Below are positions 29,364 to 39,751 of a stretch of 64,000 nt of DNA, piece after piece. The notes beneath the pieces are model-generated. The model saw only the letters and a list, made by a program, of their open reading frames with translations. It searched no databases and was not told the origin of the DNA. Position numbers and translations under genes: made by a program. Source of the stretch: Bacilli bacterium (lineage in GTDB: Bacteria > Bacillota_I > Bacilli_A > RF39 > UBA660); the NCBI GenBank assembly GCA_017625395.1, contig JAGALD010000065.1, positions 6,356 to 70,355 of the forward strand, in the 5' to 3' direction. Positions within the stretch are counted from its first letter, which is position 1; each line of letters starts with the position of its first letter.

Positions 29364-30143
29364 TTATTTTGTTTCTCCCATATTTACAACATCAGAAAGA
29401 TTTACCCAATTTCCAGTAACATTATCTTTAACTTTTAGACTACCAATATTTTGAGTAGATAACACAGAATTTTCTGTTTGTTGTTGCAACTCACGTGTAC
29501 CATGTTCAAAAGCAATAATTGTGTATTCATTATCAATATTACAACAAGAATACTGTTTCATAAATACAAGATATGTCTTTCCAACTTCTAAATGTATATC
29601 GTGTGACATTCTAGAATCTACTACAACGTTTTTCTTATTTTCTTGTATAGTTGTAACTTTTTCTAACTTTTTAGGATCAACATCACCTTTAATCCATTCG
29701 TTGTAACTAATTTCTGCTCCTAATCTTCTATAATTTATAGTTGTAGGAAGTTCTCCTTTTAATGTTTTAACCACTTTTGCAGTACCTTTAGTATATGGTG
29801 ATACATATTCTTTATTCAATGTATCCCAATTGCTAGCAGATAATGAATCTATAGTAACAATAGCTATGTAGTCTGCTTCATTATTGATTTCTTGTTTTTG
29901 GGAATAATCTTTCCCTAAATATAATTCATAATAAGCTTTATATATTGTTTTGTTATCATTGCTAGAGGAAGTGATTGGTGTGTCATCATCATTGCTTTTT
30001 GACGACAAATCCACATCTTTACTATTTATTCCAAAGACCACTAATAATGCTGCTAGTATAGTAAAGCAAATAGTTCCATATATGATTTTCTTTTTATTTT
30101 TTTCTAATTTCATAATATTCTCCTTTCTATCCATATAATGCAT
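29364..30143 (-). CDS. Membrane-anchored extracellular protein (hypothetical)
   Basis: 259 aa. Signal-anchor KKKIIYGTICFTILAALLVVFGI, then a Ser/Asp-rich linker and a globular domain. No motif recognised. Confidence 0.45.
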   Translation of the reverse strand: MHYMDRKENIMKLEKNKKKIIYGTICFTILAALLVVFGINSKDVDLSSKSNDDDTPITSSSNDNKTIYKAYYELYLGKDYSQKQEINNEADYIAIVTIDSLSASNWDTLNKEYVSPYTKGTAKVVKTLKGELPTTINYRRLGAEISYNEWIKGDVDPKKLEKVTTIQENKKNVVVDSRMSHDIHLEVGKTYLVFMKQYSCCNIDNEYTIIAFEHGTRELQQQTENSVLSTQNIGSLKVKDNVTGNWVNLSDVVNMGETK

Positions 30144-30747
30144 TTAAATCATTTACATCTACTTGTTGAACTGTATTAACCATATGCCCCTCATCATGAG
30201 GATACATTATACTATATGGATTAGAATTATGAGCTAATCCAAATGCATGACCCATTTCATGAATAATCATTCTTCTAATTTTAGTTGCAGATATGTTATG
30301 AACTGCACTATCATTTATATAAATACGTGTAAATATATAATCTACTGAAGGACTTTGTTGATTAGCAGACTGATCGTAAAATCTGGTTTCGCCCCAAACA
30401 CTGGTATCTCCACCCCAAAAATTACTATCCTCTGTATAAATATCTAACATTGTACCAGCATTTGAACTAGCAGCAACCATACCAACTGGACTAGTAAATC
30501 CTGGACTTTCCCAGTTATTCTCTGCATCAATTATTAAATATTCGTAATAACCTGTACCACTATCATAATCAATATAGTAAGAAACTCTTGATATTCCTCT
30601 AGTGTATTTTCCACCGAATACAGCAGCATCAGCTGTGAATGGCAAAATCATAAAAACTGATAAAATTCCAAAAAATATTGCAACAATTTTTTTATTTTTC
30701 ATATTTCCTCCTTTTATGCTACAAATATTATTATCACGTTTTGCCAA
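30127..30747 (-). CDS. Secreted zinc metalloprotease of the metzincin type
   Basis: 206 aa with signal peptide (IVAIFFGILSVFMILPFTADA). HEMGHAFGLAH is an exact HExxHxxGxxH. A SIMYP Met-turn lies downstream. Confidence 0.7.
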   Translation of the reverse strand: MAKRDNNICSIKGGNMKNKKIVAIFFGILSVFMILPFTADAAVFGGKYTRGISRVSYYIDYDSGTGYYEYLIIDAENNWESPGFTSPVGMVAASSNAGTMLDIYTEDSNFWGGDTSVWGETRFYDQSANQQSPSVDYIFTRIYINDSAVHNISATKIRRMIIHEMGHAFGLAHNSNPYSIMYPHDEGHMVNTVQQVDVNDLNALYG

Positions 30748-30818
30748 TTGCTAAGTTGTAACATTAAACAAAATTAACTATCTCACCTCCACTTTTCAAT
30801 TTTAAATATCAAAACAAT

Positions 30819-31508
30819 TTATTTCCGATATTTAATTATTTCTTTAACTAAATCAATATATATAGAACTATCTGTTATATTAGTCTGAATTACATATGTT
30901 TCATTATTTTTAACAAACTTTATGAAGATAATTCCCTCATTGTCTACAATGTAAACTTTTTTATTATCAATTAAAGAACTTTGAGTATTTTCAAAAATTG
31001 CCTCATGAATGAAGTTATTATTTTTCTTAGGTGTAATATATAGATATATGAACTTACTATTATCTTCTATAGATTTAAAACCTCCAAAATAAATCTTTTC
31101 TTTTTTCTCATTATATAGTATTTTTTGAATCACGACCTCAAGTGATTCTACTTCTTTTAAATGTTTATATATCATAATGTTATCAATCAAATTATAATCT
31201 TTAGATTCATAATGGTAATACATCGAATTATCACCAGTATTTTTCACTTCATTGATAATTATGCTATCCTTTGACAAATTATTATTACTTGGTTTTTCTT
31301 CTGATAAATTAAGCATTTTATTATTTTTAATAATAAGACTAACAGATATTAAAAGTATAATTACAGGTACGACTACAGATAGTTTCCTAATAAATTGTTT
31401 TTTATTCTGTTTTCTATAAATTTGATGCTTTATTTTTTTATAATTATTATCAATATCTATATAATCATCCAAAATCGATTTTATTTTCTCCTTGTTATTA
31501 AACATCAT
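30819..31508 (-). CDS. Anti-sigma-factor-like single-pass membrane protein (putative)
   Basis: 229 aa. Short cytoplasmic N-terminus, one TM (LSVVVPVIILLISVSLII), then an extracellular domain. Overlaps the upstream sigma gene by 11 nt. Confidence 0.45.
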   Translation of the reverse strand: MMFNNKEKIKSILDDYIDIDNNYKKIKHQIYRKQNKKQFIRKLSVVVPVIILLISVSLIIKNNKMLNLSEEKPSNNNLSKDSIIINEVKNTGDNSMYYHYESKDYNLIDNIMIYKHLKEVESLEVVIQKILYNEKKEKIYFGGFKSIEDNSKFIYLYITPKKNNNFIHEAIFENTQSSLIDNKKVYIVDNEGIIFIKFVKNNETYVIQTNITDSSIYIDLVKEIIKYRK

Positions 31509-32037
31509 GTTCTCCTTTCTGAATATCTCTATAACTATTCAAAGTTCGATATATATAGCTTTTTATGGTCGATTCATTGATATTAAGTTCTTTTGAAATT
31601 TCTTTCATTGTCATATCGAAATAAAAATAAAAATAAAATGTTTTTATAATTACTTGTTTTTGTTTTAAAAGAAATTCCATAAAATTATCAAGTTCCCACT
31701 TTTCAAGTAAACTTTTTTCTAAATTATAATCAGAGGGTATCAGATTTATCAATTCTTTTTCTTCTTCTTCATTATCTTTTATGATGGTAGAAAAAAATAA
31801 GAATCTTCTTTTATACCTCGCTCTATAATAATCTTTTATTTTCTTATCTGCAATGCCAATAAGGTATGAATAATAATTATTTATTTTTTTTCCTTTTTGA
31901 CAGGCAGTATAAAGTCCAACATATGTATCTTGTATAATATCATTAATATCTTGTACATTTGCACAATTACTAATGATGTATTTTAGTACATAATTGTAAG
32001 TATCTTTATATATTTGTTCAAATCTTTCATCAGTCAT
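31498..32037 (-). CDS. ECF-type RNA polymerase sigma factor
   Basis: 179 aa. Region-2-like IQDTYVGLY and a region-4 HTH (MTMKEISKELNINESTIKSYIYRTLNSYR). Confidence 0.7.
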   Translation of the reverse strand: MTDERFEQIYKDTYNYVLKYIISNCANVQDINDIIQDTYVGLYTACQKGKKINNYYSYLIGIADKKIKDYYRARYKRRFLFFSTIIKDNEEEEKELINLIPSDYNLEKSLLEKWELDNFMEFLLKQKQVIIKTFYFYFYFDMTMKEISKELNINESTIKSYIYRTLNSYRDIQKGEHDV

Positions 32038-32151
32038 TTCGGTACCTCAGTTATATAGTCGCTAGTTAAGCAAAAAAGTTGCATTTTTTCAATAAAAATT
32101 AATTTTAAATGTCATTTATAACCATAATATCATAAAAAAAGCAAATCTAAT

Positions 32152-32199
32152 TGATATGAACCTCGTTTCTATTTTGTCCAAGAAACGGGGTTCATATCA
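32152..32199. terminator. Long hairpin terminator 3' of the DUF1287 gene
   Basis: TGATATGAACCTCGTTTCT / AGAAACGGGGTTCATATCA: 19-bp stem with one mismatch, with T-rich flanks. Confidence 0.45.
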
Positions 32200-32228
32200 T
32201 TTTGTTGATTTGCTCTATAAATTTGTGT

Positions 32229-32885
32229 TTAACTAATTCTATAATGTCCAACTATGTCATCATGATATTTTAAAATATCTTCTTCATAATACTTTTGATA
32301 TGGATTAGCATGATGAATTATAAAAGTAATACCTTTTTTATTTCTCTTATCTGATACTATACCAATGTGTTTTTCAAATACAACAATATCTCCACCTTGC
32401 CATTCTTCTATTTTATTAATATCAGTTGTTAAAGAAATGGCATTATTATCAAAATAAACTTTTAAATTTCGAACTCTTCTAAAATCTATATTCTTATCTA
32501 CAACATCTATATCGTACAAATCTCTATTTAATTTAATATGTTCATTAACTAATTCCATTAAATCATATCCAGCATCTTTTAAACCAAATGCTACAACATC
32601 AGTACAAACACCATATTCATCATCTGGATAGCCGGTTGCATAATACTTACTTTGATACCTTGGTTTTGTTTTAATATATTTTCTTGTATTATTTATAATA
32701 TCTGTTTGATCATCTATACCATCATTATCTTTATCCACTAAACTAATATATGTTTCTATACCAAAATCTTTATTTGTATATTTTCTATGAGGAATAATAT
32801 TTAGAGCATAAAGAAAGTAAATAATGAAAGAAATAAATAATATAAATATAACCGTCAAAATAATTATTAACTTTCTTTTTTGCAT
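32229..32885 (-). CDS. DUF1287-like protein with N-terminal membrane anchor
   Basis: 218 aa. TM (LIIILTVIFILFISFIIYFLY), then a domain with conserved Cys/His (YGVCTDVVAFGLKDAGYDL ... HIGIV...IIHHANPY), suggesting an NlpC/P60-like or DUF1287 fold. Confidence 0.5.
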   Translation of the reverse strand: MQKRKLIIILTVIFILFISFIIYFLYALNIIPHRKYTNKDFGIETYISLVDKDNDGIDDQTDIINNTRKYIKTKPRYQSKYYATGYPDDEYGVCTDVVAFGLKDAGYDLMELVNEHIKLNRDLYDIDVVDKNIDFRRVRNLKVYFDNNAISLTTDINKIEEWQGGDIVVFEKHIGIVSDKRNKKGITFIIHHANPYQKYYEEDILKYHDDIVGHYRIS

Positions 32886-32941
32886 ATAACCTCCAAAAGT
32901 AATCTTCTATTTATATTATACCATGAAAAAAGCAAATCTTA

Positions 32942-33760
32942 TTATTGATTTACTTTATATTTTAAAAATTGTTTTAGAAGTTTAGAGATGCAGTATATTA
33001 TAGTACCACCTATTATCAAACTACACATATAAATTATCAAATAAATTGCATAAGGTACATTTTTTTGAACAACATCAAATACTGGTAGTGTACTTATAAA
33101 ATATGGACTAATATAAAACATATTAAAAGTTTCTCCGTTTAATATTCCTAAATTATAAAATAATATATTCATAAATTCTGCAATAACTACAAATATTAAG
33201 AATACAATTATAGCACTTTTTAAAGAAGCTATATTTATTTTCACTTCACCTGACATAAGTAAATATACTGATACAACAAAACTTCCTAAGTGTAACCACA
33301 TTGTATGTATATTAACTAATATATCAGAAACAAAACAACTATCAGGTATTAGTATAGTAGCAATACTTCCTAAAATAGTAATATATGCCATATATGATAA
33401 TAAACTATTTCTAACTTTTCCTTCTTTTAAAAATAAACAGATTATACTTACAAATATAGGGGTTGTACATAATTGAAAAGGGAAAGCATACCACTGATAA
33501 TCCCAAGTAACAATATTGGCTATTGGATCGTAATTAAATGTCCATATTAATTGTTTTAATAGTTCTAATATTAAAGCAATAATGCCATAAGCTCCTAATA
33601 CTATTTTTAATTGTTTTTCACTGTGATATTTCTTTCTCATATATAAAATTAAAATTGTTATCACAACCAAAACTAACCACAAAATATGAAACCAACCAAA
33701 TGCAGTTGGTTCTGTCATTTCTCCCTGTAAAATATAAAGCAATTTTTCAAATAAATTCAT
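32942..33760 (-). CDS. Polytopic membrane protein (hypothetical)
   Basis: 272 aa, about 7-8 predicted TM helices. No catalytic motif. Confidence 0.45.
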   Translation of the reverse strand: MNLFEKLLYILQGEMTEPTAFGWFHILWLVLVVITILILYMRKKYHSEKQLKIVLGAYGIIALILELLKQLIWTFNYDPIANIVTWDYQWYAFPFQLCTTPIFVSIICLFLKEGKVRNSLLSYMAYITILGSIATILIPDSCFVSDILVNIHTMWLHLGSFVVSVYLLMSGEVKINIASLKSAIIVFLIFVVIAEFMNILFYNLGILNGETFNMFYISPYFISTLPVFDVVQKNVPYAIYLIIYMCSLIIGGTIIYCISKLLKQFLKYKVNQ

Positions 33761-33855
33761 ACTACACCTACTACACTTTTTTTACTTAATTATATATTCT
33801 TATTTATATTAACTCTATCAATTTTAAGATGCACTTTGTAAAATTTTGGTTGCTA

Positions 33856-34533
33856 TTATTGTTTATCGTTAGTAATGTCACCATTACCACTTACAGGAAT
33901 AGACTCCCCTAAATATGTTGGCTCTGGTTTTATTATGCAATTTACAAAATCTTTATTTCTAGCAAGTATTTCTCTTAATTCTCTGTATGCTCGTCCACTA
34001 TATTTTCTAGGATCAGAATTAACACCATAAGCATTTATATCTAACTTATCTGCTATATACAATGCTCTGTACAGATGATATTCTTGAGTAACAATAACTA
34101 TATTATCAGCATCAAATATTTCTTTTGCTCTGTATATACTTTCATAAGTAGAAAATCCTGCATGATCCATAAATATATCTTCCGATGGTACACCTTGTTC
34201 TATTGCATATTCTTTCATAACATTAACTTCATCGTATTCTTCTCTACCATGATCTCCACTCATTATTATTTTAGATGCAATTCCATCTTTGTATAATTTA
34301 ATTCCTTCTTTTAATCTATCCTCTAACATAGGGCTTGGTTTATCACCCCATATTCCTGCTCCTAATATCAATATGCAATCAACATCTTTTAATGTTGAAT
34401 AATCATTGTCTTTAATCATTTTTGCCTTTGCAGTTTCTACAACATAAAAATTTATAGATAACATTAAAACTATGCAAATGACTGCTATTATAATTAATAT
34501 TTTAAATATCTTTTTCATTAATACCACCATCAA
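33856..34533 (-). CDS. SanA/YdcF (DUF218) family protein
   Basis: 225 aa. N-terminal TM, then CILILGAGIWGDKPSPMLEDRL and IIMSGDHG blocks typical of DUF218/SanA (vancomycin high-temperature exclusion family). Confidence 0.65.
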   Translation of the reverse strand: MMVVLMKKIFKILIIIAVICIVLMLSINFYVVETAKAKMIKDNDYSTLKDVDCILILGAGIWGDKPSPMLEDRLKEGIKLYKDGIASKIIMSGDHGREEYDEVNVMKEYAIEQGVPSEDIFMDHAGFSTYESIYRAKEIFDADNIVIVTQEYHLYRALYIADKLDINAYGVNSDPRKYSGRAYRELREILARNKDFVNCIIKPEPTYLGESIPVSGNGDITNDKQ

Positions 34534-35746
34534 TATTATAGAAATATTTAATGATAAATGTTGTTCCCTTATCTTTAACAGATTCGACTAATACTCTACC
34601 ATTATCTTTTTCTATAATTGCTTTTGATAAAGATAATCCTATTCCTATACTATCTTTACCAGCATCTTTTCCTTTATAAAATCTTTTAAATATATTTTCT
34701 GCATCTTCTTTATCCATACCTTTACCAAAATCTTTAATTTTGATTTGAGTATAAACATTATTATCAGCACATTCTATTATTATCTTATTATCATTATAAG
34801 AATACTCTACCGCATTTTTTAAAATATTTGTTAATGCTTCAACTTGCCATTTATAATCACAATATATTTTATTTTTACATTTATCGTTAACTTCGATATT
34901 TACATTTTTTAAATCACATAAATTTGATACATTCTTAATTGTTTCATTTACTATTTTTTTAATCGATACATCTTCTCTTATAAAAGTTATAGTATTAGCT
35001 TCAAATTTTGAAAGTTTTAAGATAGACTGAACCAAAAATGTAATATTAGTTATTTCTCTTTTAATATTTTTAATAAATCTTTGTCTAGTTTCTTCATCCA
35101 TCTTAGGATCATCAATTATATTATCCAATAAAACACTAATTGATGTTAAAGGAGTTTTTAACTGATGAGAAATATCTTGTAATGAGTTCTTTAAGTTAAT
35201 TTTATCTTTAAGTGAATTTTCAGCATTTTCTTTTAACATAATTGTTGTTTTATATATTTCTTGTTTAAGAATGGATAATTTATCTTCAGATAGTTCATCT
35301 AGGGCAAGTTCATAATTTTTATGATTTATGTCTTCAATACACTTTATGATTTTATCTATCTCTTTATCGTTTTTTAAATTATGTTTTATAAATAAATAGA
35401 TTAGAGAAATAAATGCTACCAATAATATTCCTAATTTTGAAATACTAAAAATTAAATTATAATTATCATTTTGAGATACATAAGAATCTTTTTCTATATC
35501 ATAACCATAATCTTTTAAAACATTATCTTTTGCATCTTTAAAATTTAATATTTCTATTAAATCACTTTGCTCTACGTTTGGATATTCTTCTTTTAATTTC
35601 TCTAATATAGCATTTAATTTATAATTAAAGTTTTGTTTATATTGGTTATATTCAATAGTATTAACAATCACAAGTAATAAAGAAAAGATTGATATAATAA
35701 TTAGACTTCGTAATAAATATTGTTTTAAATACTCTCTATTTTTCAT
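34502..35746 (-). CDS. Sensor histidine kinase
   Basis: 414 aa. Two N-terminal TMs, an H-box (ISHQLKTPLTSI), N-box (LTNILKNAVEYS) and G-boxes (DFGKGMD; GIGLSLSKAII). Confidence 0.8.
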   Translation of the reverse strand: MKNREYLKQYLLRSLIIISIFSLLLVIVNTIEYNQYKQNFNYKLNAILEKLKEEYPNVEQSDLIEILNFKDAKDNVLKDYGYDIEKDSYVSQNDNYNLIFSISKLGILLVAFISLIYLFIKHNLKNDKEIDKIIKCIEDINHKNYELALDELSEDKLSILKQEIYKTTIMLKENAENSLKDKINLKNSLQDISHQLKTPLTSISVLLDNIIDDPKMDEETRQRFIKNIKREITNITFLVQSILKLSKFEANTITFIREDVSIKKIVNETIKNVSNLCDLKNVNIEVNDKCKNKIYCDYKWQVEALTNILKNAVEYSYNDNKIIIECADNNVYTQIKIKDFGKGMDKEDAENIFKRFYKGKDAGKDSIGIGLSLSKAIIEKDNGRVLVESVKDKGTTFIIKYFYNIDGGINEKDI

Positions 35747-36389
35747 CTATCCTATACCCTATGCCTTTAACTGTTGTAATTATATCTGTTCCTAATTTTT
35801 CTCTTATTCTCCTTAAATAAACTGTTGCTGTATGATCATCAACATAATTACTTGTCCAATCATATATTTTATCTAAAATAGTTTCTCTACTTACCACTTT
35901 TCCAATATTTATAAACAATAAATTAAGTATTTTTAATTCTAAACTAGATAAATCTATAATCTCATTATTTCTACTAGCACACATTTTATCCAAATCAAAA
36001 CTTATATCTTTTACTTTAATTACTGACTTCTTTTCATTTCTTAAAATTACTTTATTAACTCTAACCAATAATTCCATAGTAGAAAATGGTTTCGTCATAT
36101 AATCCTCTGCCCCTAAGTTTAACCCTTTAACGACATCACTTTCTTCATCTCTTGCAGTTAAGAAAATTACAGGGATATTTTTTTTTTGAATAAAGTTTTC
36201 ATATAAATCAAAACCATCACCATCAGGAAGTGATACATCTAAGATAATTAAATCTGGATTATTATTATTTAAGTAATCTACTGATTCTTTAATTGTCGTT
36301 TTATAAACTAAATTATAATTATTCTTTTTAAATGCATATACTAAACCTTCAGCTATACTTTCATTATCTTCAATTAATAAAATGCTCAT
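35736..36389 (-). CDS. OmpR-family response regulator
   Basis: 217 aa. Receiver domain with phospho-acceptor Asp (LIILDVSLPDGDG) and a winged-helix C-terminus (GIGYRI). Confidence 0.85.
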   Translation of the reverse strand: MSILLIEDNESIAEGLVYAFKKNNYNLVYKTTIKESVDYLNNNNPDLIILDVSLPDGDGFDLYENFIQKKNIPVIFLTARDEESDVVKGLNLGAEDYMTKPFSTMELLVRVNKVILRNEKKSVIKVKDISFDLDKMCASRNNEIIDLSSLELKILNLLFINIGKVVSRETILDKIYDWTSNYVDDHTATVYLRRIREKLGTDIITTVKGIGYRIDEK

Positions 36390-36458
36390 CTTATTCCCTT
36401 TCCTTTATCTATAATTATACCATAATAAAGGGAATATTTATCATATCCCCTAAGCAAT

Positions 36459-38975
36459 CTAAACATTTTCTTTTCTAATGGTTTCAATTGTATTTTGTTT
36501 ATTAATTTTACTTATAGAATAACGCATAATAATATAAACAATTATAAATACAAATACTATACTTATGATTATTCCTGTTAAAGGTATTTGATAAGCTGTT
36601 CCAACCTTTTTGTTAAACCCTAAGTGAATTGCATAAGAACCAAGTATTCCAAAGAGAGTTCCATATATTAGTGATTTAGAACAATAAAATAATGTTTCTA
36701 AATTTATCATACGATTAAATTCTTTTTTAGTCATACCTACGCTTTTTAGCATAGCAAATTCTTTTTGTCTTAATTCCATATTTGAAGTTAAGGTATTAAA
36801 GATATTAGTTACTCCAATTAATGTAATAACTGCTATAAATCCATATAAGAATATACTTATTACTATAACCATTGATCTTTCATTTTTTGCTTGCTCATCA
36901 AAGTTATTAATAACTAATTCGCTATCTATTAATTCAATGTCATTAACAAGTTCTTCTGGTTTATCTGTATCAATCATTAATCTATATGGAACAAAATCAA
37001 TATTATCATAATATGTTTTATCTACTATTAAATAGCCTCCACCAAAATATAAATTTTCAAGTCCTGTCGGTTTTTCTCTTGTAACTTCTGCTAATTCTAT
37101 TGATATATTTGATTTTAATTCTGATGTTTCAAGCGAGATATTCATAGTATCTCCAGCTTTGTAATTGTATCTTTTGTCGTGTATTTCCTTTTGTTCTTCA
37201 TTACTCCAGTATTTAAAATCATCCATAAGTATTCCTTTATTTTTGACTTTATTATAATTTAATCCTAATTCTTTAACATACTTTTTAAATGAATTACTAT
37301 CTAATGCTCTAATACCTACTGAAACACTAGACTCGTCTAAACCAGAAGATGCATAATGATTTATTTTTGATTCATCTAATACTTTTGTAATGCCTCTATA
37401 TTCATACATTAAATAACTATCGTTTATATTATTTAAGTTTCTTAATGTACTTATTTGTTGTTCGTCATATTCAGGAAATGTTCCATTATAAATAGTAATA
37501 TTATAATCGTAATTTGTATAATACATTCCCGCCTGTTCAAAACCCTCATTAACAAAATAGAACATTGATATAAACACAAAAATACTAACTGCTAACGATA
37601 TTACCGTTGTACGATATTTTTTCTTACTTCTTTTTAAATTTTTATAAGCAAGAACTCCACCTGTTTTAAATATTGTACTAATTATTTTAGGTGTTTTTAA
37701 TTTTTTTGAAGTTATTTTAATATCTTTCGTATTTCTTAAATTTTCTATTGGACTAACAAGACTAGCCCTTTTTGCAGATGAAATACTAGAAAAATAAATT
37801 GTAACGAATCCTAATAATATTGATATTAATATAGGCATTAAAGATATTTTGAACACCATACCATCAATACTATTAAATAATACATCTTCTAAAATTACAT
37901 TTACTAAATTCACTAAAATAAATACTGCAATAATACCACATAATATTCCTAATGGTATTCCAATTAAACCTAATATTATTCCTTCTAATATTACATTCTT
38001 TTTAATTTGTTTTTTTGTAGCACCTACACTTGCTAACATTCCATACATTTTCATTTTTTCTGTTGTTGATATAGCAAATGAGTTTCTTATACAAAATACA
38101 CTTACAATAATTATAATTACAATAACTACACTTACTATTCCACTAATCACACTAATTGTTGAATCTGAAAATGCAAATACTTGCCATCTTAATAATTCAT
38201 TATTAATTGTATATTGAAAATCAATATTATTAAGTACTCTACCAAACTCTATATCATCATAACTATTAGCCCCTAATAATTCTGTAAATGATTGTTTATA
38301 ATCATGGGGATGCTTTAAAGCTATATAAGCATGAATATTATCGTTTGTTTCGCCTGTTGTTATTCCATATACTGCACGATTATTTCTTTCTCTATAAGAT
38401 ATTCCTACTACTTTATATTTTTTGTAAACAGGATTATCTATATATTCATTATCTTCGCCTTGATATGGATTAGATTGACCTAATTCATATCCATCATTTG
38501 TCTTTCTTTGACCTACATTTAATTCTAGTGTATCTCCAACTTTTACTCCTGAAATTAACGCCATTCTCTTACTAATCACAATTTCATTTGAATTAGCAGG
38601 AAATTTTCCTTCTAATAATGTATAAGATAATTTATCAAAATCTTCTTTAGTTGTTGAATATATAGTTATATAAGGATCATCTTTCTCAGCATTGACATAA
38701 GTAGATTCACCTACTTCATAAACTGCATTAATATCTTCAACATCATTATTAAGTTCATACTTTTTAAATTTGTCTTTTGTTATTGTTTCAAACGCTATAT
38801 GAAAGTATCCTCTTTCATTTATTGTTTTTTGAATTAATGTTTCTCTAAAACTTGTAAACATACCACTAACAGCACAAATCAAAGCTACTGATAACATAAT
38901 ACCTATAATAGTTCCTACTGCTCGTTTTTTGTTTAGTTTGAGATTTCTTTTTGTTAATTTAGTTAGTATATTCAT
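36459..38975 (-). CDS. ABC transporter permease, FtsX/MacB family with large extracellular domain (Bce-like)
   Basis: 838 aa. Two FtsX-type 4-TM bundles, each preceded by an extracytoplasmic domain. Paired with the ATPase and two-component genes. Confidence 0.8.
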   Translation of the reverse strand: MNILTKLTKRNLKLNKKRAVGTIIGIMLSVALICAVSGMFTSFRETLIQKTINERGYFHIAFETITKDKFKKYELNNDVEDINAVYEVGESTYVNAEKDDPYITIYSTTKEDFDKLSYTLLEGKFPANSNEIVISKRMALISGVKVGDTLELNVGQRKTNDGYELGQSNPYQGEDNEYIDNPVYKKYKVVGISYRERNNRAVYGITTGETNDNIHAYIALKHPHDYKQSFTELLGANSYDDIEFGRVLNNIDFQYTINNELLRWQVFAFSDSTISVISGIVSVVIVIIIIVSVFCIRNSFAISTTEKMKMYGMLASVGATKKQIKKNVILEGIILGLIGIPLGILCGIIAVFILVNLVNVILEDVLFNSIDGMVFKISLMPILISILLGFVTIYFSSISSAKRASLVSPIENLRNTKDIKITSKKLKTPKIISTIFKTGGVLAYKNLKRSKKKYRTTVISLAVSIFVFISMFYFVNEGFEQAGMYYTNYDYNITIYNGTFPEYDEQQISTLRNLNNINDSYLMYEYRGITKVLDESKINHYASSGLDESSVSVGIRALDSNSFKKYVKELGLNYNKVKNKGILMDDFKYWSNEEQKEIHDKRYNYKAGDTMNISLETSELKSNISIELAEVTREKPTGLENLYFGGGYLIVDKTYYDNIDFVPYRLMIDTDKPEELVNDIELIDSELVINNFDEQAKNERSMVIVISIFLYGFIAVITLIGVTNIFNTLTSNMELRQKEFAMLKSVGMTKKEFNRMINLETLFYCSKSLIYGTLFGILGSYAIHLGFNKKVGTAYQIPLTGIIISIVFVFIIVYIIMRYSISKINKQNTIETIRKENV

Positions 38976-38978
38976 AGA

Positions 38979-39650
38979 CTATACCTCCTTAACAATTTTT
39001 CCGTCTTCAATTTGAATTATTCTATCAGCACATTTTGCTATTTCCATGTTATGCGTAATCATAATAATTGTTTGTTTATACTCTTTATTAGATTTTCTTA
39101 ATAATTCTACAATTTCATCACTTGATTTAGAATCTAAATTTCCTGTCGGTTCATCAGCAAGAATAATTGTAGGATTAGTAACTAATGCTCTCCCTATTGA
39201 TGTTCTTTGCTGTTGTCCTCCAGATAGTTCATTAGGTAGATGATTTTTTCTATTTTCTAGTCCTAACAATTCAAGTAATTCTTTCAAATGTTTTTCATTT
39301 ACCTTTCTATTATCTAAGTCAAGAGGCAATGTAATATTTTCTTCAACATTTAAAATAGGAATCAAATTATAAAATTGATACACAAGTCCTACTTGCCTTC
39401 TTCTAAATATTGCAAGTTTATCATCATCAAACTCGTAAATATCTTTTCCATCAATAAATACTTTTCCTGAAGTTGGTCGATCTACTCCTCCAATTAAATG
39501 TAATAAAGTAGATTTACCAGAACCTGATGCACCAACTATTGCAACAAATTCTCCTTTTTCAACAGAAAAAGATACATTATCAAGAGCAACTACTTTAGTA
39601 GTTCCTTTTCCATAAATCTTTGTAAGATTTTCAACTTTTAATATTTCCAT
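38979..39650 (-). CDS. ABC transporter ATP-binding protein
   Basis: 223 aa. Walker A GASGSGKST, signature LSGGQQQR, Walker B IILADEPT. Confidence 0.9.
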   Translation of the reverse strand: MEILKVENLTKIYGKGTTKVVALDNVSFSVEKGEFVAIVGASGSGKSTLLHLIGGVDRPTSGKVFIDGKDIYEFDDDKLAIFRRRQVGLVYQFYNLIPILNVEENITLPLDLDNRKVNEKHLKELLELLGLENRKNHLPNELSGGQQQRTSIGRALVTNPTIILADEPTGNLDSKSSDEIVELLRKSNKEYKQTIIMITHNMEIAKCADRIIQIEDGKIVKEV

Positions 39651-39751
39651 AAATATTCTCCTTCCGTTCTTACAAATCCATTATATTACTTCAAAGTTAC
39701 AACTAAGTTACAAAACAACAAATATTATTTTTATTTTTTACTAGCAAAATT

